This document shows, in pieces, positions 46,301 through 58,207 of a DNA stretch of 64,000 nucleotides (positions are counted from its first letter, which is position 1; each line of letters begins with the position of its first letter). The notes beneath the pieces are model-generated. The model was not told the origin of the DNA. It saw only the letters and a list, made by a program, of their open reading frames with translations, and made no database searches. The position numbers were made by a program, and so were the translations under genes. The DNA is from Asterias rubens. Its lineage: Eukaryota. The DNA is taken from assembly GCF_902459465.1 (NCBI RefSeq), contig NC_047064.1, positions 7,068,001 through 7,132,000 of the forward strand. The letters run 5' to 3'.

Positions 46301-46796
46301 CTTTTGTGCACAAAGAAAGCCTTATTTATTCTTAAAGGAATTCACTACACATACTACGTGTCTCGTACGCTGTGTTGTGATCTGCGAGGCATGGTAGTCG
46401 ATGTCAGCAAACAACATTGTGTGCGTGATTGGCTGAGGTTGTGAACTGTGGCAATTTCGGTGTACAGAAAAAAAGATCGCACAAAAGTCGATGGTCGAGT
46501 GGGTCGTGGGGGTCAAGGGGGTTTTAGAACAACCCCATATACATCGGGGTCCAAAATAAAACTGTCTTCGTATCATCGCTGATATAACTCAGTACTTCCT
46601 TGTTTTCCTGCCAGGTCGCCGTGTGTGTCTGGGAGAGCGACTTGCCAAGATGGAGCTGTTCATCTTCTTCTCACATTTCCTACATCAGTTCACCTTCAAG
46701 AAACCTAAAGATGTTAAACAGCTGTCATTCGAGGCCAACAACGGTCTTACGTTGACTCCGATGCCATTTGAGACCTGCGCAATTTCAAGAAAGTAA
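43361..46796 (+). CDS. Cytochrome P450 clan 2 (CYP2-like) gene E, intact, 499 aa
   Basis: Exons 43361-43718, 44361-45320, 46615-46796 (358/960/182 bp), GT-AG. All P450 motifs present. Confidence 0.95.
45343..46536. mobile_element. 1194-bp non-autonomous MULE-like element in intron 2 of CYP E
   Basis: TIRs GGGGTTGTTCTAAAACCCCC / GGGGGTTTTAGAACAACCCC; 9-bp TSD ACATACATC (45334-45342) / ATATACATC (46537-46545). Confidence 0.8.
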
Positions 46797-46900
46797 AGGC
46801 TTGCTGCCAACGGTTGAACTTAAGTTCTGATTGCTATAGTTCGTACGATTCGTTATAACTCGTTCGAAAGAATGTAGTTCAAAAGAGATATAATCATTGA

Positions 46901-47278
46901 AGGCAGTGGACACTATTGGTAATTACTCAAAATAATTATCAGCATAAAACCTCACTTGGTAACAAGTAAATGGGGAGAGGTGATAGTATAACACATTTTG
47001 AGATACGGCTCCCTCTGAAGTGACGTAGTTTTTGAGAAAGAAGTAATTTTCCACGAATTTGATTTCGATACCTCAAGTTTAGAATTTGAGGTCTCGAAAT
47101 CCAGCATCTGAAAGCACACAACTTCGTGTGACATGGGTATTTTTTTCTTTCATATAGTTATCTCGCAACTCCGACGAGCAATCGAGCTCAAATTTTCTCA
47201 GGTTTGTTATTTTATGCATATGTTGAGATACACCAAGTGAGAAGACTGGTCTTTGACAATTACCAATAGTGTCCAGTT
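46901..47278 (+). mobile_element. TTAA MITE family 1 copy just downstream of CYP E stop
   Basis: aggcagtggacactattggtaattactcaaaata...caatagtgtccag. Confidence 0.75.
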
Positions 47279-47438
47279 TCTATTTAGCCTTATTAGTGTC
47301 ACTTTCAACCGACATTGTCCGCCATTCTGGAAGTCAAATTGTACACAAAGGTATTATTATGTACTCCCAAATGGTGCCAACGGCGTAGATTGTGGACATC
47401 GAAATAAAGGTGTTGTGTCCCTTCAAATGCATGACAAT

Positions 47439-47580
47439 GGGAGACTTTCTGGGACGATAGAGGGCAGCAGACTTACCGGGTAAATCCATTGTTCTCAGAA
47501 TTATGCGCATGTTCAGAACTACGTAAACAATGGAAATTTACCCGGTATGTCTGCTGCCACCTAGCGTTGGAAAGTCTCCT
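47439..47580. mobile_element. Second copy of the 142-bp palindromic MITE
   Basis: Near-identical to 57966-58107, same length, same CAAT/ATTG flanks. Confidence 0.75.
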
Positions 47581-47968
47581 ATTGACTGCATTTTAATTAC
47601 TTTTTATTTTTCAGTCAAGAGTTGTTTGTAGTTAAGTAATGTACTTGGCGACTGTTCTTTGTTTAGACTTTCTGTCGTTTCAATCCTTTGGTTTGACTGT
47701 GATTTATTAGAAACAATTCGAGTTTAGGCCTGTAAATAAATTTCTTGCTTTATTGAATACAATATAATCGAACAAACAAGTTTTGGTTTGGTCCATCCAA
47801 CGTTTCGTGCATGTTATCATCATGGACTTTTGTAAACATCCATTTGTAAAACCCTTCAGTTCAATCGATCAAGCTTAGTGCACATCTCTATGGTGATTGA
47901 CAATCAAAAGTGTCGGTACGCATGCGTAAATTTTGCATACTTCTTGGGAATTGGGTATTTTAAGAGGC

Positions 47969-48128
47969 CGGGGTCGATTTCACAAAGTGTTAGGACTAGT
48001 CCTAACTTATTACTTTTCCTATGAGATATTAAAAACGTAAGGCTAGTCCTAAGTTAGGACGAGTAACTCCTCCTAACTCTAGTCTTAACTCTTTGTAACT
48101 AGTCTTAACTCTTTGTGAAATCTACCCT
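47969..48128. mobile_element. MITE with GGGTCGATTTCACAAAG TIR
   Basis: ggggtcgatttcacaaag...ctttgtgaaatctaccc, with an internal ttaggactagtcctaa palindrome. Confidence 0.65.
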
Positions 48129-49534
48129 AAGTGCATAACAAATGTGCCCGTATCTCTGTATTTCTTTGCACACGGACGGAGGCTTGTATTTTTTTTACCC
48201 GATAGGTCAGAGCTTGTGGGTGCTTTGCCGCAGACCCCAACCTGATGGGCCTAGCCCCTCGGACCCCCACCATTGTAGACTTGATTCAAGCCCCGTTCTC
48301 GCGCCAGCTAGCAAACTTGCCGTATATAACAGTGCGTCCTCTCACCGTCAAAATGTAGCTATTGTGGTTCCAAAGTTGTGCGATGGGACTGAACATAACG
48401 GGATTGGGACTTGAGTCAAGTCTACCATCATTGTGCCCGGGAAACAAACCCTGGATCCGTGCCTCGATCTACGTGCCGTATTTTATTGACTTGTTATACT
48501 TTTATATCAAGCTTATGTTATATTGTTGCATAATAACGGGAAACAAATGTTTTGGGGACTATTATAAGTAATGAATCAATGAATAGACACTTTTATTGTG
48601 AAATCTCCACGTATTAACAATATAGCCATAAATTCCGGCTAATCAACGCAAAAGCACGGCGATACAACGCAATAGCACGGCGATTAGATATAACGCAACA
48701 GTATGTAAGCACAAAAAAACTGCAAAGCACAGGAAAATCTTGCTTATCAAAAACAGTTACCAGCCAACATTCCATAAAGTTTACACTGTTGTGACTGGTG
48801 CCCCAGTCATTTGTGCTTAGCAGAGAAACTCGTCAAGCGGTATTTTCTGCTGAACAGCTTTATGACACTGGGCACTAAAAATGTTGGGGGTTTTGTTTAA
48901 CATGGACATATGGAATAAACAGCCGACAAGTGTAGACTTTAGTTACTGTTTCAGTGCGTGGTCTTTCTCTGTGTCAATATTGAGTGTACACTCATCAGAA
49001 GAGATAACTTCCGGAAGGTATCAACACCAGAGCTTGCAAACTAATATAGTGACATAGTCCTCTACAAAGTGAAACCCGCAAATAAATAAGCACAGCAACT
49101 ATGTGGGCCTAAACTTTATGACAAATTCAATTTGGCGATGTACTCATTTTGCAACGTACGGATAGCGCCCTCACGACAGTCGGGGGAAATAACAACTAAT
49201 CCTCACCATAAAATTGTGTAAAGTGTCATTGCATTAGATACCGTTCCATATAGAGTGCAAAATTTGTAAACATCGAACAAATCTAAAAAAGGGATCGTTT
49301 CGTGAAAGATGGGTTTTAACACTTTTAACACTTTGGTATACGGGGATGTATGGTTTATCAGAGCGAAACTGTGATTTTACACAACTAAATTGCGTAAACG
49401 GTAAGCCGGTGTGTGCCCCTTTAATATCAACAACATGAATCTTCACATCTCACGGAGGAATTGTGTGTATGAACTTTGCTCCGAGATGTTTACTTTTGGG
49501 AACTTGTCTTTGATGTAGTTCTCGAAGTGTCTTA

Positions 49535-50503
49535 TTAAGGTATATGCCTCATCTGCTGAAGACGCGGGTGAATGTCGCTCACTTCGTTTCTGCCCCACTG
49601 CAGTCGGCAGACCAGACCCCTTAAAATGTTCCGGAATCGTTTGTATTTACATGTGTAGATGCATGGGTTTACCACAAAGTTCAGTGTGGTCAGTACAGCG
49701 AAGATGTAATAGACATTCCCTCCGTAATATACAACCAGCCCTAGGTTGAAGGTAAGATACATCATCTCCGTCGGCATCCAACAGACGACATAAGCAATGG
49801 TGATGGTCACCAAGGTGGTCACGACATTCTTACTGCGCCTGAGAATGTTATCTTGCCGAAGAACCGCCCGGTTCGCTTTCTCTCTCTTCCGTAAGAGAAG
49901 AATCACCTTGGAGTAGCACCACGTCATTGTGATGATCGGAAATAAGAACTCAAATGAGAAGACGATCACGCCACCCACCTGTTGAGCAGCTTCAGCGGGC
50001 CAGATAACCCAACACACGCCGTCCGTGTAGTAGGTGAAAATCACAATGTACGACTGCGAGCCGAACCCCAATATCCAGGGGGCGAGGAAGCCGAACTTGG
50101 CGATCCCTCTCAGGCGAAAGTTACGGTACCAGATGAGCTGGCAGGAGGCTGCGTACCTCTCGAAGGCTATTAGGACCAGATTAAAGGTAGAGGCGTAGAA
50201 GACACCCCACATAATGAAGTCATTGTACCAGAACTTGCAGAAGAGCTGGGCCGAGATCGACCCGGATGGGATCTCCTGAACGTCTGGATGAACAATGACC
50301 CTAGCGATGAGGAAGATTATGATCGCGATCAGATCGATTATGGATTGATGGAGAATGAGCTTGTTGGTTGTGCTGTGGAATGCATTAGATTTGGAGAGAA
50401 ACACTGCGCACACTAATGAGTTGCCCAGGAAACCGGCGATTATGATGGTGATGTCCAATGCTCGAACGAATGGAGAAACGTTCACAGTGTAGTTACTCTG
50501 CAT
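49535..50503 (-). CDS. Class A (rhodopsin-like) G protein-coupled receptor, peptide-receptor type (galanin/allatostatin-like, loosely)
   Basis: 322-aa ORF with seven hydrophobic segments, GNSLV (TM1), D in TM2, FERY (DRY motif), CWMP (CWxP), NPCIY (NPxxY), extracellular Cys pair and N-terminal sequons NYT/NVS. The true N-terminus may lie in an upstream exon. Confidence 0.9.
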   Translation of the reverse strand: MQSNYTVNVSPFVRALDITIIIAGFLGNSLVCAVFLSKSNAFHSTTNKLILHQSIIDLIAIIIFLIARVIVHPDVQEIPSGSISAQLFCKFWYNDFIMWGVFYASTFNLVLIAFERYAASCQLIWYRNFRLRGIAKFGFLAPWILGFGSQSYIVIFTYYTDGVCWVIWPAEAAQQVGGVIVFSFEFLFPIITMTWCYSKVILLLRKREKANRAVLRQDNILRRSKNVVTTLVTITIAYVVCWMPTEMMYLTFNLGLVVYYGGNVYYIFAVLTTLNFVVNPCIYTCKYKRFRNILRGLVCRLQWGRNEVSDIHPRLQQMRHIP

Positions 50504-51459
50504 TATAAGGAAAACAATGAGAAAAACAACAATATTATACTGTACAATGAGTTCAATTCAATTTAAGTTTGGGTGGGTGGGTTTGTATGGCCTATACCCT
50601 CCGAGGATTTTTTTTCCATAAGGACAAAAGGACGGTCCTCAATAGTCGGTTCTTTGTTTTCATGGGTCCTCACTAGTCATTTGTGTACAAAACCAATAGG
50701 GATTGCTCCAAAACAGGAACAACAGAAAATATAATAGGTGTCCTCTATAGAGCAATGGTGTGTTTGTTGAAAGGGGGGGGGGGGGTGGTGGTAGGAAGGG
50801 ATGCTTTGCGAGTGCATGCCTACTGTTTTATAGTCGGCAAAAATAGGCTTTATACCCGTACTCAAGCTACAAACGCTTTCGCTATAGGCCCGCGGCAAGA
50901 TGACCCTCGTCCCATTATAGTTAAAGAAAAGAAAATCTGAAGGGTAACAACTCCGAAGATGAGTTGATGACGCACGCAAATGTATGATCACAAACAAAGT
51001 GGACAAATATGAGTAATAAAATTAATCAAATTGAGAATCCTCGCTACTTGAAATTGATGTCTACGTCTTGTGACAGCTTGGTCACAGTTTGAATTCACGG
51101 AAATCTACAACCCAGTCAGCGTGACCACACCTGTTTTTCTTGCATCTATAAAATCTCATGCATTTTGATCACATTTGTTGTAAGTTTCAATTATTGCTTA
51201 TTTCTGTTGCTTCTAGCAAATGTAATGAGGTATATGCATACACCGGTTTCCTTAAGCAAACAAAAATAATATTAATCCCATGTCCCCTTATAGACCTTAT
51301 GGATAGATAAGATACCAAGAAGAAGAAGCCTAAATTCTTCTTCGATTTATCCGTGCGCAATGCTACACCTTCCAATCCAAAGAAATCCTGCACAGATTCC
51401 TGATCGGAATAACGATTAGCCTAACCCCATCTTTCCTTTATTATCACATTTTCTTAAAA

Positions 51460-51993
51460 TTTACGTGGTAACGAGCAAAGGATAGCTGTTGACAGCATGG
51501 AGCACTGTCAGAAAATTTGTCTTTTTAGAAAGAGGTAACTTCTCACTGAGTTGATATAAATGTAATCTAACAAAAGACTTAAGGCGCAACCTGAAGCCTT
51601 TTTTCAGGCACTTGAAAGCACACGTATTTTTTGGTGCAACAATGGTGTCTTTTTTCCAATGGTGTATCTCAGCATATGCACAATTATTAACAAACCTGTG
51701 AAACTTGAACTCAATTGGTCGTCGAAGTTGCGAGATAATAACGGGAGAACAAAAACACCCTTGTCACACGAAGTTGTGTGCTTTCAGTTGCTTGATTTCG
51801 AGACCTGCTTCCTCACGCGTGAGGTCTCCATATCAGTTAAAATATTTTACTAATAAAATTATTTCTTTCTCAAGAACTACGTTTCTTCAGAGGGGGATAA
51901 TTCTCACAATGTTTTTCATTGCTCGTTACCAAGTAAGTTTGTATACTAACAAATAGTTTGAGTATTTATGCCATTATTGTGTACAGAGTGCCT
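51460..51993 (-). mobile_element. Degraded or rearranged TTAA MITE family 1 sequences
   Basis: Family-1 internal motifs; ends gtgcct|ttaa. Confidence 0.6.
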
Positions 51994-52775
51994 TTAAGCG
52001 TGCATTCAAGAGATGGCATTTAGTTTTAGATCAACAATAAAAGCAACGAACACAAAACACTTCAAAACATAAAGAAGATGCACACACAAAATAAGCATCG
52101 TCCATGCGTCCAAATAATGTCAAATAAAACCAAGTGCGCAATTACCACTGTTCGTGTGTTTAATTGACCAGTTCCACCTTTGTTACTTAAACAAATTACC
52201 AAAAGTCCAAACTTCACTATAATTGATGATAATTGCTTGAGTACAAAGTAAACCTAATTTATTTACAAACAGCGTGACATTTCGATGATGAAACACAAGT
52301 GCTGGTTTTAATGCACTGGACACTTTTGGTAACGACTAAAACAAAACATTAACATAAAAACTTACTTCGGTATATTTGGCAAACAACGGAGAGCTGTTGA
52401 TAGTATAGAACATTGTTTTCTTGCAATGTTAATGACCTAAACCAAAGTTTTCACATAGTTGTAATTTTATGCATAATGTTGGGATACCAAGTGATAAGAA
52501 TACTGATTATGGACGGGTGCCTTCAACATGCGAACTGTCATACACTTTGATTATCACCAAAAGTACATGCAGTTATTGTTGCAGTGCAGGCACAAAAAAA
52601 AGAAAAAATAAATCGCGCCGTTAAGAGTTTCCCGAAGTTTAGTATCATCGGATCAAATAATCATCAAGTTGGAGGACTTTGAATATAAAGAATACAGGAC
52701 GAACACACCTTTACTCTCTCTGAAATCGAACACAACAAACTGAGAAAGAAAAGAGGACATACACATTGTAGTTAA

Positions 52776-53150
52776 AGACACTGGACACTACTGGTAATTG
52801 TCAAAGACCAGTCTTCTTACTTGTTGTATCTTACCATTATGCCTAAAATGTCAAACCTGTAGAGCTCAATTGGTCGTCGAAGTTGCGAGATATTAATAGA
52901 AGAAAAATTACCCTTGTTACACGAAGTTGTGTGTTTTGATCAGATGCTTGATTTCGAGACCCCAAAATCTAATTCTGAGGTCTCGAAATCAAATTCGTGG
53001 AAAATTACTTCTTTCTCAAAAACTACGTTACTTCAGGGGGAGCTTTTCTCACAGTGTTTTATACTATCGACAGCTCCCCATTACTCGTTACCAAGTAAGG
53101 TTTTATGCTAATATTTTTTGGGGAGTAATTACAAATAGTGTCCACTGCCT
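52776..53150 (-). mobile_element. TTAA MITE family 1, full-length
   Basis: ttaa|agacactggacactactgg...aatagtgtccactgcct|ttaa. Confidence 0.8.
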
Positions 53151-53874
53151 TTAACTCAGGCGTATCTGAAAAAAAATATGAAGCAATAAACTAATGTATA
53201 ATACTTGCCATATTTGCTCTTGAACGCGAAACCAGAGAGCAGTGTCCATACAACAACCACACACATACCACGAAGTGTGTTGTTTGTGTGCAAGATGCAG
53301 TGACAGACCATTAAATTTATTCAAATCCTTCAATCACCATAGATCCACTGCGCGTATTTCTTCATCATCCCGGCCCTGTAATCCGATACAGTTTTCAAGT
53401 CATGAAGGAAGTGCAATATATGTCTGTTGAATAAATGTAAATTATTATAAACTGCCCTATTGGTCAACTGTGTACGTACGTCGTACGTACGCCAATTTCA
53501 CGCGGGTTGTTTAATGGCCAAGCGATCAAAAGTAACATTACTCAATAATAAAACTAAAAAAAACTAAAAACACTGATGTATTGTACTCCACCATGGTTCT
53601 ACATAAACTGACAAACCTGTAGAAGTTTGAGATCGAACATCCATCTGGGTCACGAGAAAATAAGGAAAACCGACGACACATTTTGCATGACATGCAACAA
53701 GTGCAAACAAAAAAACGCTAGCTGAATATTTCTCATCAATTCATGACATTTCAGACATAAACATTTCCAGGGATGTTTTCTACTAACATCGTCAATAGAT
53801 CGTGTAAGTTTTATGTAAATCTGTGATCATAGACGTTTTTTCTTCTTACCAAATTCTGTAGAATGTTCCTTTAA

Positions 53875-54252
53875 AGGCACTGGACACTATTTGTATTTAT
53901 GCTCAAAATAATTGTTAGCATAAAAACTTGGTAACGAACGGATAGCTATTGATAATATAAAATATTGTGAGAGACGGCTCCCTTCTCTGAAGGTACGTAG
54001 TTTTTTAGAAAGAAGTAATTTCTCGGTAACTAAACTAATTTAATTGATTTCGAGACCTCGCGCGTGGAGGTCTCGATATCAATCATGTGAAAGCACAACA
54101 CTTCGTGTGACAATGGTGTTTTTTCTTCCATTATTATCTCGCAACTTCGACGGGCAATTGAGTTCAAACTTTCACAGGTTTGTTATTTTGTGCTTGTGTT
54201 GAGATACACCAAGTGAGAAGACTGGTCTTTGACATTACCAAAGGTGGCCAGT
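53875..54252 (+). mobile_element. TTAA MITE family 1 copy whose right terminus is interrupted by a hAT-like element (remainder at 55727-55739)
   Basis: ttaa|aggcactggacactat...; its left TTAA is shared with a family-2 element ending at 53870. Confidence 0.8.
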
Positions 54253-55726
54253 CATGGGCGTCAATCAGGGGGGGGGGGGCAGGGGGACATGTCCCCCACC
54301 TTTTGGAGGGTGTATGGGGGACAGAATATCAAATGTCCCCCCCCACCTTTTTGACCACCTTTATCATGAAGCCCAAGTTTTGCACTGTGTAAGACGAAAC
54401 CCTGTGTCCCTATATGGGCATTAATCCTGTGGGCAAAGGATGACACAACATCCCCCCTCAAAATTGGCCCTAGATTGCATCACAGAGCATCTGAAATGCA
54501 AAATTTTCCCGGGCCCTTAATCGGGCCCGCACCCCACGCCGTAAAGGCTTCTCACACGCATGCTCCGTCGTTGACAGATTTTCACCTCCCCCATGATCAA
54601 ATGTTTCCCGTGTCGTTTGACCACCTTTATCGTGAAAATCGTGTTTTGCACTGTGGAACTGTGGAGCACTGGAACACAATATTCACACAGCTCATTGTTC
54701 TATTTCGTTTGCCATTTAGCCGCTAAATGGCCTAAAGATTGCACCACAGAGCATCTAAAAATACAAAATTTTCCCGGGCCCTTGAGCGGGCCCGGATCCA
54801 TGCCGTAAAGGTTTCACAGTCACGTGCTCACTCTTTGAACGTATTTCCCCCTAAAACTTGGTTCATAGATCCGCACTTGAAGATGTTGTCAACCCAAAAG
54901 GTTCTACTGCTGCTCACATTTTACAGCTGTTCTGTTCCGTTCTGTATGCCTCTTATTGGCCTAAGATTGCACCACAGAGCATCTAGAATGCAAAATTTTC
55001 ACGGGCCCTTGAGCGGGCCCGGACCCATGCCGTAAAGGTTTCACACTCACGTGCTCAGTCTTTGACAGTATTTCCCCCCTAAAACTTGGTTCATAGATCC
55101 GCACTTGAAGAAGCTGTCAACCCAAAAGGTTACTGCTGCTCACATTTTACAGATGTTCTGTTCCGTTCTGTATGCCTCTTATTGGCCTAAGATTGCACCA
55201 AAGAGCATCTAGAATGCAACATTTTTCCGGGCCCTTAAGCGGGCCCGGATCCATGCCGTAAAGGTTTCGCACACGTGAGCTCACTCTTCGACAGTCCCCC
55301 TAAAACTTGGTTCATAGATCCGCACTTGAAGATGCTGTCAGTGTCAACCAAAAAGGTTCTACTGCTGCTCAACTTTTACACCTCATGTTCTGTTCCATAC
55401 TGACAGATTGCCCCATAAAACTTGTGTCTTAGGTCTGGTGATGATAGGGATGAAACGCCGTCTGAGCATTAGAATGCAGAAACATTATGGATATAACGAA
55501 GCTATAATTTAGTTGCTTTTTAGGTACAATAACCATGATGATACTAGCAAGAATAGGTGCATCATAGCTTGAAATACATGTAGGCTTTAAATTCCAACAT
55601 CTGAGAGGGGGGAACATCACCCCTCAGATTCACTAGATTGCACCAGAGAGCATCTACGGGCTAAAAAAATTCCCCACGCCGTAAATGTATGTCCCCCCCA
55701 CCTTTCAAGACGGATTGACGCCCCTG
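54253..55726. mobile_element. 1474-bp non-autonomous hAT-like element containing about 228-bp tandem repeats
   Basis: 14-bp TIRs CATGGGCGTCAATC / GATTGACGCCCCTG (1 mismatch); perfect 8-bp TSD TGGCCAGT at 54245-54252 and 55727-55734. Confidence 0.85.
54466..55400 (+). repeat. Tandem array of about 226-229-bp units
   Basis: Unit starts ggcctaagattgcacc at about 54729, 54958 and 55184, with partial units at about 54466 and 55625. Confidence 0.85.
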
Positions 55727-56194
55727 TGGCCAGTGTCTTAGCTTTGCATTGCTTTTTGAGGACGGGCTTTTCTGGCATAACGATTGCCTTCAGAGATGTA
55801 TCAGTTTTAAGCTTTGGAATGAATGTGATAATACAATACCATGTAACCATGCCAGTGTGGTCTAAGGCGAGTGCTATGACAAGTCTGTGTAATTACCTGC
55901 GTGCAATAAGCAAGGGGTCAGTGGCTCTCAGATAGTGTTATCATGGAGGTAGAAATAGATACAGCAGGTATTTTCTTTCAATAGAAAACCCATTACAAAA
56001 CAAGTCATAACTAAAGGCGAAATGCCTATTAAAGAATCCTACACGATTCCAATAGGATTTCTATAAGATTTGCGCAAGATAATACAACCATAGAGCTAGT
56101 ATGACGCTATAGACCCTCGCTATGACGTCACAAGCCCATACAACCAGGATTATGTCACTGCATGTTATCCACATGTTGGTGGAGCCGCATGTAA

Positions 56195-56300
56195 GTCGCA
56201 AGCGCAACTCGCACGCAGCCCGCACGCGAGCCGCACGCGAGCCGCACACGAGCATACGTAATCCGCACGCAAGCCGATTGCGAGCCACACTGTGTGGCCG
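56195..56300 (+). repeat. GC-rich short tandem repeat (about 11-bp unit cgcacgcgagc)
   Basis: cgcacgcagcccgcacgcgagccgcacgcgagccgcacacgagc. Confidence 0.7.
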
Positions 56301-57707
56301 AACGGACGCGTGCAAACACCGCACAGCCTTACACTCCCAAGACATTGAGTAATACCTGAGTAATACACCTGTGATTATTTTTCACAGAACCCAGGAATGT
56401 AACGGTAAACAGTGCTAACACGCATCGGTATTTTTTTTTTAGGGGAGGTGGGGGGGGGGGGGGGGGGGTAAAGCCAAATGAATATTCTTTATCCCCGATT
56501 TTAACAAAATTATTATTACAAATGAGGCTGTGATGAACTGGGGTGCATTTTGATGGCGGTCGTAACCAGAAACCGTTTCGGTCAAATGGCCCGTGATCAA
56601 CCAATGGCAAATTCAACGAAACAGTCTTTGACGACATCGTGTGAATTAGGTCAATATGCCGAAAGTGTTGTTTCTTTATACTAGGCCTGGGGCCAACACT
56701 TGAACTTACCGCCAAAATGACGCGCCGCATGGCGCCGTGCTAATCAGAAGCTCTTGAAAAAGATAATAATAGGACACACTGTTGTTCGTGAAGACTTGAG
56801 TGGTACTCTATGGTGGTACTCCATGTCTCCCAGATTGCCTTTTAAATGTCAAATTTCTGACTATGAAAACAAGTTTATTTTCTTGTCACACTGTTTACTC
56901 TGTTGCATCAATCATGATCTATACATCTTCAAAATGTTGACATCCATAAATCATTTGATGTTCGACGTTTGGTAATTATTGTCAAAGACCAGTCTTCTCA
57001 CTTGGTGTTCCAACATAGTTGTACGAGAGTATTGAAAGAAAAAAAACACCGTTTTGGTGCAATTGTGTGCTTTCAGAATATGCCTAACAAAAGGCTTCCT
57101 GAGACTTGAAGTATCAATACCCGAATGTTTGATCTTTAGAGTCACCAAACAGCTATATGCCCCAGCACCAAAAATAGATAAACAAAACAAAAGTAGGCTT
57201 ACCAGAATAAGCTTACAACCGAAAAACCAAATCACATGTACCATCTGTGACTGGTATCCTGATTATTTTTGCTAAGCTTTTTTTTTTTTAAAGCAATACA
57301 TGTACCTGCTTAAGCAATCCTCTGAAACAGGACCCAGCAGTGTACTGTTAAGGCACACACACACATATGACTTAACTGGAATGTTTTTTTATCTTTATGT
57401 TAATCTTTCGTTACTCTGAAGAAAAAAAAAGAAAAAAAGTAAGCAACACAGCTTTGCATTTTTCAATGAATTTAACAATGACAGTACGACCTCTGCTATA
57501 GAGTAAACAGTTTTTTTTATTTTAATTTTTATTAATACAACTCTAAATTATACAATCATGTACTTTCATTTTATTTAAATTCATGCACACACAAACTTAA
57601 AGGGGCGGTGCCGTCCAGATCAAAGCAGGCAATATGGCTGTACATGGAATTGTGAACTCTCAGCCCGCCTGAGTTACACACACCACTGCACCCACTCTCA
57701 GTACCTG

Positions 57708-58207
57708 TACTCAAAATAATTATTAGCATAAAACCTTACTTGGTGACGAATAATGGGGAGAGGTTAATAGTAAAAAACATTGTGAGAAACAGCTCCCTCT
57801 GAAGTGACATAGTTTTCGAGAAAGAAGTAATTTCTCACAAATTTGATTTTGAGACCTCAGATTTAGAATTTGAGGTATCGAAATCAACCATCTAAAAGCA
57901 CACAACTTCGTGTGACAAGGGTGTTTTTGTTCTTTCATTATTATTTCGTAACTTTGACGACCAATGGGAGACTTTCTGGGACGATAGAGGGCAGCAGACT
58001 TACCGGGTAAATCCATTGTTCTCGGAATTATGCGCATGTTCAGAACTACGTAAACAATGGAAATTTACCCGGTATGTCTGCTGCCGCCTAGCGTTGGAAA
58101 GTCTCCTATTGAGCTCAAATTTTCACAGGTATGTTATTTTATTTATGTGTTGAGATGCACCAAGTGAGAAGACTGGTCTTTTACAATAACCAATAGTGTC
58201 CAGTGTC
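57708..58207 (+). mobile_element. TTAA MITE family 1 copy carrying a nested 142-bp element
   Basis: The family motif gacgaccaattgagctc is split at 57966-58107. Confidence 0.8.
57966..58107. mobile_element. 142-bp palindromic MITE with AT target duplication (ISL2EU/Harbinger-related, tentative)
   Basis: TIRs GGGAGACTTTC / GAAAGTCTCCT; flanks CAAT|...|ATTG where the host consensus is CAATTG. Confidence 0.75.

Noticed and set aside
54466-55400. Regularly spaced repeats with palindromic cores, superficially CRISPR-like
   Set aside because: Whole about 228-bp units are repeated with no unique spacers, there are no cas genes, the context is eukaryotic, and the array lies within hAT TIRs.
5579-56130. 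Scattered TGACGTCA (CRE) sites as a coordinated cAMP-response programme
   Set aside because: Many lie in or near repeats and in unrelated introns; enrichment cannot be shown by eye.
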